Shown: positions 20,622 to 29,101 of the stretch, in pieces | Layout of the letters: every line of letters begins with the position of its first letter | How positions within the stretch are numbered: position 1 is the first letter of the stretch | DNA from: an uncultured virus (IMG/VR IMGVR_UViG_3300027406_000071) | Lineage: Duplodnaviria > Heunggongvirae > Uroviricota > Caudoviricetes | Reading direction: 5' to 3' (one strand) | Length of the DNA stretch: 64,000 bases | IMG/VR virus record: IMGVR_UViG_3300027406_000071 | Translations under genes and position numbers: made by a program | Notes under the pieces: generated by a model | What the model was told of the DNA's origin: nothing | The model's input: only the letters and a program-made list of their open reading frames with translations | Databases searched by the model: none

Positions 20622-21848
20622 TTAATTTACATATTTTATGTCAACTGATCCCGCAGTTGGCACTGTATTTAATTTATATAATGTATATTCTTCTCCATTG
20701 TCTCTAACGAAGTTTAATTTATCTGAACATATATCTGCTGGTGCTCCACTGATTTCTATTTTAGGATTAACCGTTAAATCAGGAATTCCTGCTGATATAG
20801 GAATAGCTATCCAGTAGAAGTTTGCTGTAATACTTGCTGGCATTGTAAAAGTTGTTCCGTCAACTAATTCTGCCAATTCACCAACAGTTTCATATGATGC
20901 AGGATTAGCTAACATATCTTCAAATGATTCACTATAATTAGCTGCAATTGAATCATCAGCTTTAAATAATTGATCGTTAATTAAATCTCTTCCCCATGGA
21001 TATTGATTAGTTCCTAAGTGGAAATAATATATTCTTGAAGCTACTGGAGACGGTGTTGCAGTTGGTATTGCAGTCGGAACTGGCGTTGCAGTTGGAACCG
21101 AAGTTGGAACTGGTGTTGCCGTTGGAACCGAAGTTGGAACTGGTGTTGCCGTTGGAGTTGGACCTGAACCTCCACCTGAACCTGATCCTGAACCTGATCC
21201 TGAACCTGATCCTGAACCTGATCCTGAACCTGATCCTGAGCCACTATTTGGTGTTGCCGTTGGAGTTGGACCTGAACCTCCGCCTGAACCTGAACCTGAG
21301 CCTGAGCCACTATTTGGTGGTGTAGTTGGAGATGGTCCTGAACCTCCACCTGAACCTGAACTTGGCGCATCAGTGTTTGAATTCGATGTTCCTGTGCTAT
21401 TTACACCAAATATATCACAACTATCAATACTAGGGCTAGTTTCTGATAAAGTAATTATAAATGCACTACAGTCTCTTACTGTAGAGTTTGTATTACTTGT
21501 ACCACTTACATAAAACTCTGAACAATCATATATAGGAGTTATCCATATATAATGACCTGCACTATAACCTGCAGCTACATATCTGTCATAATCAGTATCT
21601 GTAATTTTAATCTTGTGAAAAATTAATGATTTTCCTATCTCATCATCACTTAATGAAAGATCTTCGTTAAGTCCAAAGATTCTCCACCCTGCAACTGTTT
21701 GTTGATTATAAAGTAAATTATAATCCATCTCATCATGTGTGAGTGCTCTACCTAATGTATGTGGATGTAATGGAAACCATTTCCCATTAATTAAATTTCT
21801 ATGAAGACCGTGTATAAAATTGTAATTTTCTATGTTGCCGCTATGCAT
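20622..21848 (-). CDS. Probable virion protein with GS/PT linkers and shared C-domain
   Basis: LTHDEMDYN N-terminal motif, (GS)n, PTATP, C-domain paralogous to 15494-16966. Confidence 0.7.
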   Translation of the reverse strand: MHSGNIENYNFIHGLHRNLINGKWFPLHPHTLGRALTHDEMDYNLLYNQQTVAGWRIFGLNEDLSLSDDEIGKSLIFHKIKITDTDYDRYVAAGYSAGHYIWITPIYDCSEFYVSGTSNTNSTVRDCSAFIITLSETSPSIDSCDIFGVNSTGTSNSNTDAPSSGSGGGSGPSPTTPPNSGSGSGSGSGGGSGPTPTATPNSGSGSGSGSGSGSGSGSGSGSGSGGGSGPTPTATPVPTSVPTATPVPTSVPTATPVPTAIPTATPSPVASRIYYFHLGTNQYPWGRDLINDQLFKADDSIAANYSESFEDMLANPASYETVGELAELVDGTTFTMPASITANFYWIAIPISAGIPDLTVNPKIEISGAPADICSDKLNFVRDNGEEYTLYKLNTVPTAGSVDIKYVN

Positions 21849-21897
21849 GTTAACACTTTTCTTTTTTTTATATATTCAATTTTTTAATCTTCTCGAA

Positions 21898-22452
21898 TTA
21901 AATATCGTAGTTTTGAGTTAGATAGTAATGTTTAGTTATTAATTCTGTGTAAAAATCATTAGAAACTATCTCTGTATAGTCACATGGGTTAACATAATTA
22001 CCTTGTTTTTGAATATATGCTTCACACTCATAGTTTTCTTTAAGAAATTCTAATCTTTTATTTCCTGTAAATACTTCTTGAATTTTTTTAATACTTAGTT
22101 GATTTAATTCAGCTTTTTGGCCAGATTCAAATATCTTACGCATATTATTTACAAATATAGCATATTTAGCTTCTTTCTGTGTTTTTAAATCTTTTTTTCT
22201 AATTTGAAAAGATAATAATCTTTGAATGCTTTCTTGATTAGTTCCACAATCACATTCTGGATTAAAATGATAATATGCAAGATCTTCATCTATATGTCTC
22301 TTAAGATCTGCTAAAGTTTTATATCTTAAATTAGTTTTAGTACCATAAAAAGCATCTCTGTTAAATAATATGTCAGAAACTGTTCCGTCATTATCATTTA
22401 CGAATCTAAGTGCTCTATATGCACTAACTAAAGAAATTCTGTCAAATATCAT
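21898..22452 (-). CDS. Hypothetical protein
   Basis: 184-aa ORF abutting the neighbouring gene. Confidence 0.7.
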   Translation of the reverse strand: MIFDRISLVSAYRALRFVNDNDGTVSDILFNRDAFYGTKTNLRYKTLADLKRHIDEDLAYYHFNPECDCGTNQESIQRLLSFQIRKKDLKTQKEAKYAIFVNNMRKIFESGQKAELNQLSIKKIQEVFTGNKRLEFLKENYECEAYIQKQGNYVNPCDYTEIVSNDFYTELITKHYYLTQNYDI

Positions 22453-22838
22453 TATTGGCTAGTTAAATTTGTTATCATATAAGCTATTACACCAACTGTT
22501 GTGGTAAATAGTGTCCAAAATACTTTTGTAAAAGTAGACTTCCATTTTACTAGATCTTTGTGTTGATCAACTAATCTTTCGTAATCTCTTTCGTCTTTTT
22601 CTTGTTGTTTTCTCCATTGTGTATTTTTAGAAATTTCAACAATTGCACCGTCATATGGATTAAGGAGCCTTTTCTTAAGTTCTGATACATCCTCTTTCAT
22701 GTCGCTTTGGTTATCAATCACTTGTTTGATTGAAGCTTCCAATTGAACATAATTAGGATCTTCCATTTTAGCCTTAAGACTTGTAAATGCTTCTAATAAT
22801 TCTCTTACTAATTCGCTGTTTGATTTATCGTTTGCCAT
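22452..22838 (-). CDS. Coiled-coil protein with C-terminal transmembrane helix
   Basis: Heptad-like body; VFWTLFTTTVGVIAYMI. Confidence 0.65.
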   Translation of the reverse strand: MANDKSNSELVRELLEAFTSLKAKMEDPNYVQLEASIKQVIDNQSDMKEDVSELKKRLLNPYDGAIVEISKNTQWRKQQEKDERDYERLVDQHKDLVKWKSTFTKVFWTLFTTTVGVIAYMITNLTSQ

Positions 22839-22839
22839 A

Positions 22840-23580
22840 TTAGAATGGTTTATTTTTATCTTTATTTTCTAATTGTCCTTTAATCCAAAGTTTTCCTAGT
22901 GGATTTTTAATTGGTTTAGAAATTTGTTTAGCAATTTGTTTTTCTATTTGAGCTAAAATATCACCTCCATATTCAGAATTATCTACAATTAACATATTAC
23001 CTGCTCCGAATAATTTTTGAAATTTACCTAAGTTATCTTGAACCTCTTTCCACATCTTTTCAACCATCTTGTCTTCAAGTTTACGTTCTCTCATTCTGTT
23101 TCTCTCTAATGCAATATCTAATGATGTATTTACAAATACCATATAACAATCATATCCCATATCACGATATAAATTTCTATGTCCTTTTATTTTATCAAAG
23201 TTTTTACCAGTACCGTCAATTACTTGACCTAATTTTCCGCCTAAGTAATTATTTTGCATTCTTTTAGTAAGTCCTTTAGCTTTATCTCTGATTACCATTA
23301 CTTTTTCCCATTCTTCTGGATCTTTGGCTAATTTAGATAAATCAGCAGGGCTATAACCTGCTTTTTTTAATCCTGCTTCAAACGCATTATCATTATTGAC
23401 TAGTTTCAATCCTGTTGCATATGACACCGAACTTACTACTCCTTTTGGAAAATTAAAAAGTTCTGTAGCAACATATGATTTACCAGAACCTGGTCCACCT
23501 GCCATAAAGAATGCCTTAAGAATTCCTTGATCATGAACACCTTCATCAATAAATTGTTCAAATAATTTTATTTTCTTCAT
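22840..23580 (-). CDS. Zeta-toxin/AAA_33-like P-loop kinase with capsid-targeting-like leader
   Basis: AGGPGSGKS, VIDGTG, ALERNRMRER lid; leader MKKIKLFEQFIDE. Confidence 0.8.
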   Translation of the reverse strand: MKKIKLFEQFIDEGVHDQGILKAFFMAGGPGSGKSYVATELFNFPKGVVSSVSYATGLKLVNNDNAFEAGLKKAGYSPADLSKLAKDPEEWEKVMVIRDKAKGLTKRMQNNYLGGKLGQVIDGTGKNFDKIKGHRNLYRDMGYDCYMVFVNTSLDIALERNRMRERKLEDKMVEKMWKEVQDNLGKFQKLFGAGNMLIVDNSEYGGDILAQIEKQIAKQISKPIKNPLGKLWIKGQLENKDKNKPF

Positions 23581-23614
23581 AATAGTTAACTGTGATTTAT
23601 AATCTATATATCAT

Positions 23615-23649
23615 AAAAAAAAGAGGTACCTTTAAAAGTACCTCTTTTT
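23615..23649 (-). terminator. Intrinsic terminator
   Basis: aaaaagaggtac-N8-gtacctcttttt. Confidence 0.8.
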
Positions 23650-23673
23650 AGATTAAATAATTTTACTAAAATA

Positions 23674-25011
23674 TTATTCTTCCCAGATCATCACTGTACC
23701 TGCGTCATAATATTCACTATAATATCCTCTTTTGTTTAGTTCTTTTTCCCATGAATTGAGTACACCGAATGTGTAATTTTTGTGATCTTCAGAGTAATAA
23801 TCGTAAATTCTTCTTCCTTTATACATATCAGCATCTTCAGCAGAAGCCCATAATCCGCCTTCTGTTCCATCAAATTCATCTGAAGTACTTACGAATCTCA
23901 AATGCTTAGATACAAATTCTTTTAGTTTTTCTAAACTTACTTTAGCTTCATTAACATTAATGACTACTGATTCCATTGCAGCTTCAATGTCCCATTGAAT
24001 TCTTTGTAATGGATCTTCACCTCTATTACTTCTTTTAACAAAAGCAATAAGTCCTGGCTCAAATTTAGCATTTTGTGCCATTTCAAAACCATAACTTGAA
24101 TCTTGTCCACCACCGTCATTATCATATGCTAAATCAGAAATCCATTTGTCATATTTTCTTTGGTTCCAATTTACTTTCTTAACCTTTTTTGCATGTGGTC
24201 CATCTCCTAATGAAGAGACTGCAGCATCATAAGAACCAGGTATAAATACACCTAAATAAGTTCCATCACCATATTTAACTTCTTTTCTAAATCTTTTTAA
24301 AGAATATTCACCACCTTCGATTTGTTTACGCTTTGTAACTTCTCCTTGTCTGTAACCTATTTCAATCTTTTTTTCTTCAGCAGTTTTAGGATCGATTTCG
24401 AAATGTAAAGATTTTACTAAATCTGCAATACCGTCAAATTTATTTTCGTTGATATTTGTATAATCATCAAATGTAGGAAATAAATTATTAGATTCATACC
24501 AACCTTGTTCGTAATCGTCATCATCTTCATAATCATCATACTCAGGTTCTTGATACCATGATTGATTTGGATCAGTTTCTGCTTCTTCAGTAAAGTCATG
24601 TCTTTTCCATGGAAACTTTGGATTTTCAACTAATGCAGGGAATAGGACTTTATTACCTTTTGCTTTAGTTTTTAATTTCTTAGGTTCGAAAGCTAAAGTA
24701 ATACCAATATCTCTCATTTCTGCTTTACCCATTGCTCTAATAGCTTTAAGTACTGCTTTATTTTCTAAGTCTTCTTCTGTATAACCATTCATTTTGGCTA
24801 ATAACTCATAATAGTCCATGTTACCAAATACGCCATAACCTTCATATTTCTTTTCATGCCATTGATTACCTTCGTTATCAAACATGTATACATCAATAGT
24901 GTTTTCTCTTTCAGAACCTATTTGTACATCAGTATCATAAGTAATCCATGAGAATTGGCCTTCATTGATTGATTCTAAATTAAATTGTTTAAATGTTTTT
25001 TTAATTTTCAT
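23674..25011 (-). CDS. Multi-segment hypothetical protein with leader and internal xNE sites
   Basis: MKIKKTFKQFNLESINE; internal FPTFDDYTNINE and ESVVINVNE. Confidence 0.7.
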   Translation of the reverse strand: MKIKKTFKQFNLESINEGQFSWITYDTDVQIGSERENTIDVYMFDNEGNQWHEKKYEGYGVFGNMDYYELLAKMNGYTEEDLENKAVLKAIRAMGKAEMRDIGITLAFEPKKLKTKAKGNKVLFPALVENPKFPWKRHDFTEEAETDPNQSWYQEPEYDDYEDDDDYEQGWYESNNLFPTFDDYTNINENKFDGIADLVKSLHFEIDPKTAEEKKIEIGYRQGEVTKRKQIEGGEYSLKRFRKEVKYGDGTYLGVFIPGSYDAAVSSLGDGPHAKKVKKVNWNQRKYDKWISDLAYDNDGGGQDSSYGFEMAQNAKFEPGLIAFVKRSNRGEDPLQRIQWDIEAAMESVVINVNEAKVSLEKLKEFVSKHLRFVSTSDEFDGTEGGLWASAEDADMYKGRRIYDYYSEDHKNYTFGVLNSWEKELNKRGYYSEYYDAGTVMIWEE

Positions 25012-25792
25012 TTTTATCGTATGTTTTTATATGATCAATTATCTCTGTGCTTGTTAACTTTTGGTCCCAACGTATAAAGAATGCTGTTTCATATGGATGA
25101 GAACCTATCATTTCATATATTGAAGCAATGTGAGTTTTATCCAAGTCATCAGATTCTTTCTCGTTATCAGCTAAATGAGAACGTAATCCTTTAAAATTAT
25201 ATATCTTATTAAATTTAAGATCATTCTCTTTGTGATTTAATCGTTTAGAGCCATAGTATTCCAGATGATATCCCAACTCTGTTAGAGGAGTTATCATATT
25301 ATCCTTATGATTCTTTATGGTTTTCTTGTTAGGCAGACCAGCTTCACCATAAAAACATATGGCTATCTGTTTTGACCATTTAGATACAGTATCTGAACAT
25401 ACACCTAATACACCTTCAATTGCATCTGTATTATAGACTATTGTGCCTTTTGAAAAATCATTGTTATTAGACCATGCAAATCCTTGAGAAGTCATTGCTA
25501 TTGAATCTAATTTATTATAAAAAAAATTTAGTGGTTTGGCATTTTCTAGTAGAAATGAAAATGTTGATGTATTCATGCAATTTACCCATAAATAATCTGC
25601 ATTTTTAATAATCCATTCCCATGAAACTTCATTTTTAGGACCATCTTGTCCTAAAAAACATTTATCATGAATATACCATAAATCTATTTTTACGTTATAC
25701 CCTTGATCTATCGTTGAGTCTATATAATCTGGTGTATTTTCTAAAAGTGAATTAGGACCATTAATATTACCTCTGTTAGAAATTAATAACAT
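25001..25792 (-). CDS. Degenerate GDPD/PLC-like phosphodiesterase fold plus short C-terminal domain
   Basis: ISNRGNINGP...ENTPDYI...IDLW...GVCSD; the usual HRG reads NRG; C-terminal IAICFYG. Confidence 0.55.
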   Translation of the reverse strand: MLLISNRGNINGPNSLLENTPDYIDSTIDQGYNVKIDLWYIHDKCFLGQDGPKNEVSWEWIIKNADYLWVNCMNTSTFSFLLENAKPLNFFYNKLDSIAMTSQGFAWSNNNDFSKGTIVYNTDAIEGVLGVCSDTVSKWSKQIAICFYGEAGLPNKKTIKNHKDNMITPLTELGYHLEYYGSKRLNHKENDLKFNKIYNFKGLRSHLADNEKESDDLDKTHIASIYEMIGSHPYETAFFIRWDQKLTSTEIIDHIKTYDKNEN

Positions 25793-25804
25793 GATGTTTA
25801 TTAT

Positions 25805-26041
25805 TTATACGTCTGAAGTATTAGAAGTTTCAATCTTTTTACGAGACCGCCACCGAAATAAGATAGCCAATCCAAAGAATAATCCCGCCATAACATACAT
25901 AACTAAATTGGCGTACCAAAGACTTCCAGTGATTGTCGTTAGCCAATATTGGATTACGTCGAACCCAAGAGGGTTGAAAAATAGAGCTATCATCATGCTC
26001 CAATTCGCTAGGCGGCTTGTTAAGTTTTTCGATATGTCCAC
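25805..26041 (-). CDS. Small two-helix membrane protein
   Basis: Two hydrophobic segments, basic tail. Confidence 0.55.
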   Translation of the reverse strand: MDISKNLTSRLANWSMMIALFFNPLGFDVIQYWLTTITGSLWYANLVMYVMAGLFFGLAILFRWRSRKKIETSNTSDV

Positions 26042-26082
26042 TACTGTCTCCTTCCATTATTTTAAAATACGATTTACTATTA

Positions 26083-27111
26083 TTAGTATTCAAATGGAGG
26101 TGTTCCATAATCTTTTTGTTGGATGCCATGCCATTTTCCTGCACTAAAAAAATACCACCATCCATATTTAGTATCATCTACTACTTTAAATTCTTTGGGT
26201 AATTTAACACTTTTTTTAGAAGCTCTAGCAATATACTTTAATACAGGAACTCCATCGTCCCATGTTTTAGCAGTTGATCTAGCATTTACTGATTGACCGT
26301 CTGAAAAAGCATCATATACTTTTGCATCATCAATTTCATCGGCTAATAAATCAGTTGCTGATTCATTAACACTTTCAGTTACCGCTCTTTTATACTGTGT
26401 TTGTAATTCTTTAAATTCAGTTTTAAGTTTAGAGGAAATAGTTTTCTTAATACCCCAATTATCTCCAAAGATTAGTGGAGCTACAGCGCCCATACCAGCA
26501 GTCTTAACTTGCTTTTCATATTTTCTAGCGTAAGTAGATCTATCAAACCAATCTAATGCCGCTTGAGCCATATCTTTAGATATTTTAACTCCTTCAATTT
26601 CAGAAGTACTACCATTAACTATCATTTTAAATAGTTTCTTAGCAGGTGCTTGTCTTGCTTCGTTTATAAACTCTTCAAATAACTTTACCTCTACAAAGGA
26701 TTTTAATGTCCTTTTAGATTCTTGGATTTTATTATCCTCATTGGAATAAAAATCATATCCTTTACCATCAACAAATCCATTTTTATCGAATTTAACGTAA
26801 CTTCCGGCTTCTATAGGATTATTAAAGTATGCTGAACACCTAGTGTTTAAATTTAGTAATTCTTTTTTAGCCTTGTTTTTAGTCATATCTTCACAAAAAA
26901 TTCTAGCACTATGAAAACCACTAGCTACACGTATACCCTTATTAGTATCATAAATAGTCTGTTCTATAAATTTGTAATTTTTGCTTTCAGCTTCTTTAAA
27001 GTCGTTTGCTTCTTCTTCAGATTCAAATAAAGCTGCTATCCATTCTTCAGCTTTATCAAAACGGTTACCTTTTTCTGGGTTAGATCCCCATACTGTGTAT
27101 ACTTTTGCCAT
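26083..27111 (-). CDS. Multi-segment hypothetical protein with internal leader-like motif
   Basis: Internal VKLFEEFINE and VTESVNES. Confidence 0.7.
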   Translation of the reverse strand: MAKVYTVWGSNPEKGNRFDKAEEWIAALFESEEEANDFKEAESKNYKFIEQTIYDTNKGIRVASGFHSARIFCEDMTKNKAKKELLNLNTRCSAYFNNPIEAGSYVKFDKNGFVDGKGYDFYSNEDNKIQESKRTLKSFVEVKLFEEFINEARQAPAKKLFKMIVNGSTSEIEGVKISKDMAQAALDWFDRSTYARKYEKQVKTAGMGAVAPLIFGDNWGIKKTISSKLKTEFKELQTQYKRAVTESVNESATDLLADEIDDAKVYDAFSDGQSVNARSTAKTWDDGVPVLKYIARASKKSVKLPKEFKVVDDTKYGWWYFFSAGKWHGIQQKDYGTPPFEY

Positions 27112-27122
27112 GTTATTATAAT

Positions 27123-27431
27123 TTAATTAATGTACATATTTAATTCATATCCAGCTGTTCCACTTCTACCGTATATTTGAACATGTAAAGCTTTCTTTTG
27201 TTCTTTGTCGTTTTTATATAAACTTAATGTATCTTTTTTAGTTGCACCTTCTTTTGGTTTAAAGAATGCATCAACATATGCATTACCATATTCCTCACTA
27301 TCAAGATGATAACCCTTTACTGCTGCGTATCTTTCAATTTCGTCTATAGTTGAAGAGTATGTTCTGTGATATATTTGAAAATCACCTCTTGACTCGCTCA
27401 CGTACTCTTCAAACAATTTTACTTTTTTCAT
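27123..27431 (-). CDS. Hypothetical protein with leader MKKVKLFEEYVSE
   Basis: Shared leader. Confidence 0.75.
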   Translation of the reverse strand: MKKVKLFEEYVSESRGDFQIYHRTYSSTIDEIERYAAVKGYHLDSEEYGNAYVDAFFKPKEGATKKDTLSLYKNDKEQKKALHVQIYGRSGTAGYELNMYIN

Positions 27432-27433
27432 AA

Positions 27434-27784
27434 TTAAAAGTTTAATTTTTTTATTTTTTTAATAATGGTTTTAACATCATCATCTTTATCACCATATACT
27501 GGAGATTCATTAGAACTATTCCAAACTGCCATATTAACTACAGTACCATCAGAATTAATGTTATATGAACCACCTGCATATTCGTCTCCGTCAATATCTA
27601 GGTCGAATGAGTCCTCTTCATAATCATCACTAACAGTGTATTCTTTACCGTCTAATTTTGTAAGAGCATCTGCAAATTTCTGTGCAACCTTTAAAGTTTC
27701 TTTTTTAGAAAGACCAGCTCTGCTTTTTTTAGTTAAATGAGAAGTTTCATTAGTAAAATCTTCGAATAGTTTTACGTGTTTCAT
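27434..27784 (-). CDS. Hypothetical protein with leader MKHVKLFEDFTNE
   Basis: Shared leader. Confidence 0.75.
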   Translation of the reverse strand: MKHVKLFEDFTNETSHLTKKSRAGLSKKETLKVAQKFADALTKLDGKEYTVSDDYEEDSFDLDIDGDEYAGGSYNINSDGTVVNMAVWNSSNESPVYGDKDDDVKTIIKKIKKLNF

Positions 27785-27789
27785 AATAA

Positions 27790-28092
27790 TTATAATTTAA
27801 ATTTAGCATCCTTAAACGCTTTTTTGATTTGCTTAGTTACGTCAGATTGAATACCTGGTCCTCTAAAGCTTCCACCTATTTCATAAGCTCTTTCTTTTAC
27901 AGATTCTGCAAATGATTTTGCTTCATTATATACTTCCATTTCTAGTTCTTCTCTTCTCTCATCTTCGTCATCTGAAATAGTACCATCAGCGTTCGCTTCT
28001 ACAATAGGTTGTTTTTTAGAAGATTCACATGAGCAATTACCTCCGCATTCACATTCGTTTATAAAGTCTTCAAACATTTTTGTGTGTTTCAT
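27790..28092 (-). CDS. Hypothetical protein with leader MKHTKMFEDFINE
   Basis: Shared leader; CECGGNCSC cluster. Confidence 0.75.
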   Translation of the reverse strand: MKHTKMFEDFINECECGGNCSCESSKKQPIVEANADGTISDDEDERREELEMEVYNEAKSFAESVKERAYEIGGSFRGPGIQSDVTKQIKKAFKDAKFKL

Positions 28093-28123
28093 AATAAAAT
28101 ATATTTTTTATAATCTATATATC

Positions 28124-28624
28124 CTATTTATTTAACTCTAATTGTACTTTAGCCCAATAGTGTTCTGTTCTTGGATTTTTATATCCTCTTGGTCCACCAT
28201 TCCAGTTTCTTGCAATAGTTTCAAAACCTCCTTCTGGATGATGATAGTTTTTCCAAATCAAAAACATTTCTATAGATTTATCTTTACTAAATCTGTCCTT
28301 TAATTTAAACTTCTTTTTGATTTTCTGTTTTTTTAGAATTCTATTAACTTCTCTTACCATAATGGGTCTAAGTTGTAAAACTCCAATTGAAGGCTCTTTT
28401 AGATGTGTATCACCTATTGCAGAATCATTGCCCATTGATTCTACTTGAATTAATGCCATAATTAATTTATCAATTTTTGGCTCAATTACTATTTCTTCTA
28501 TAGGCTTAGGTTCAATTCTCTCTACATGTTCAATAATTTTTCTAGAATGATCTGCTCTATAACTAGGCGATATCATAAAAGGTAAAAATGTAATTAACAC
28601 TGCATTTCTTAAATTACTACGCAT
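28124..28624 (-). CDS. Lysozyme-fold lytic transglycosylase/destabilase-like protein
   Basis: LIQVESMGN (catalytic Glu), GVLQL, ARNWNGGP; N-terminal hydrophobic anchor. Confidence 0.8.
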   Translation of the reverse strand: MRSNLRNAVLITFLPFMISPSYRADHSRKIIEHVERIEPKPIEEIVIEPKIDKLIMALIQVESMGNDSAIGDTHLKEPSIGVLQLRPIMVREVNRILKKQKIKKKFKLKDRFSKDKSIEMFLIWKNYHHPEGGFETIARNWNGGPRGYKNPRTEHYWAKVQLELNK

Positions 28625-28633
28625 AATGTTTTT

Positions 28634-29008
28634 TTAAGATAAACTAAAACTCTGTATATTTAAACTATCATTAAATTCTTTCTCTTCTTGTTTTTCCCAT
28701 TTACTAGTTTCAACTCTATCATGAACTGAAATAGGAGCATCTGATGGGAATCTTGAATCTGATGTGTAGATAAAATTACCACCAGCCATAGAGTGTCTTC
28801 CACTTTTAAATAATCCTGCAGGAACTGCGTAATTAGATTGTTTTCCAAATATTGTTCTTTCAACGAGTATCAACTCATCATCTGGAATTAAGTCAGTTTG
28901 TAAATTTTGTCCATAGTGAAGAATAATGCTATCTTCTCTAGAAGTTAAACCATTGTTTGTACAATCACCTAGTGAATTTCTTAGTACGAATGTTAAAATT
29001 GTGTCCAT
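28634..29008 (-). CDS. Hypothetical early protein
   Basis: Start MDTILT lies just downstream of the class I promoter; MAGGNFIYTSDSRF motif. Confidence 0.7.
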   Translation of the reverse strand: MDTILTFVLRNSLGDCTNNGLTSREDSIILHYGQNLQTDLIPDDELILVERTIFGKQSNYAVPAGLFKSGRHSMAGGNFIYTSDSRFPSDAPISVHDRVETSKWEKQEEKEFNDSLNIQSFSLS

Positions 29009-29024
29009 CTCTATTTGTTTTTTA

Positions 29025-29042
29025 ATTATACTACTAATATAC
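29025..29042 (-). promoter_or_regulatory. Class I promoter copy GTATATTAGTAGTATAAT
   Basis: Exact repeat of 33-50. Confidence 0.7.
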
Positions 29043-29044
29043 CA

Positions 29045-29078
29045 AAAAAAAGCCAAATAAAAAAATATTTGGCTTTTT
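29045..29078 (-). terminator. Intrinsic terminator adjoining the class I promoter
   Basis: agccaaata...tatttggct with flanking A/T tracts. Confidence 0.65.
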
Positions 29079-29101
29079 ATTTTTAAAAAGTTACGAACAA
29101 T

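Noticed and set aside
7573..21370. Many alternative-frame and antisense ORFs (LKFH-, QLQ-, VAVG-rich)
   Set aside because: Shadows of repetitive collagen and PT coding sequence
15494..21848. Diversity-generating retroelement template/variable pair
   Set aside because: Both copies are coding, differences are not adenine-specific, and no reverse transcriptase is in the window
25839..26177. 112-aa alternative - strand ORF
   Set aside because: Overlaps two better-supported ORFs in other frames
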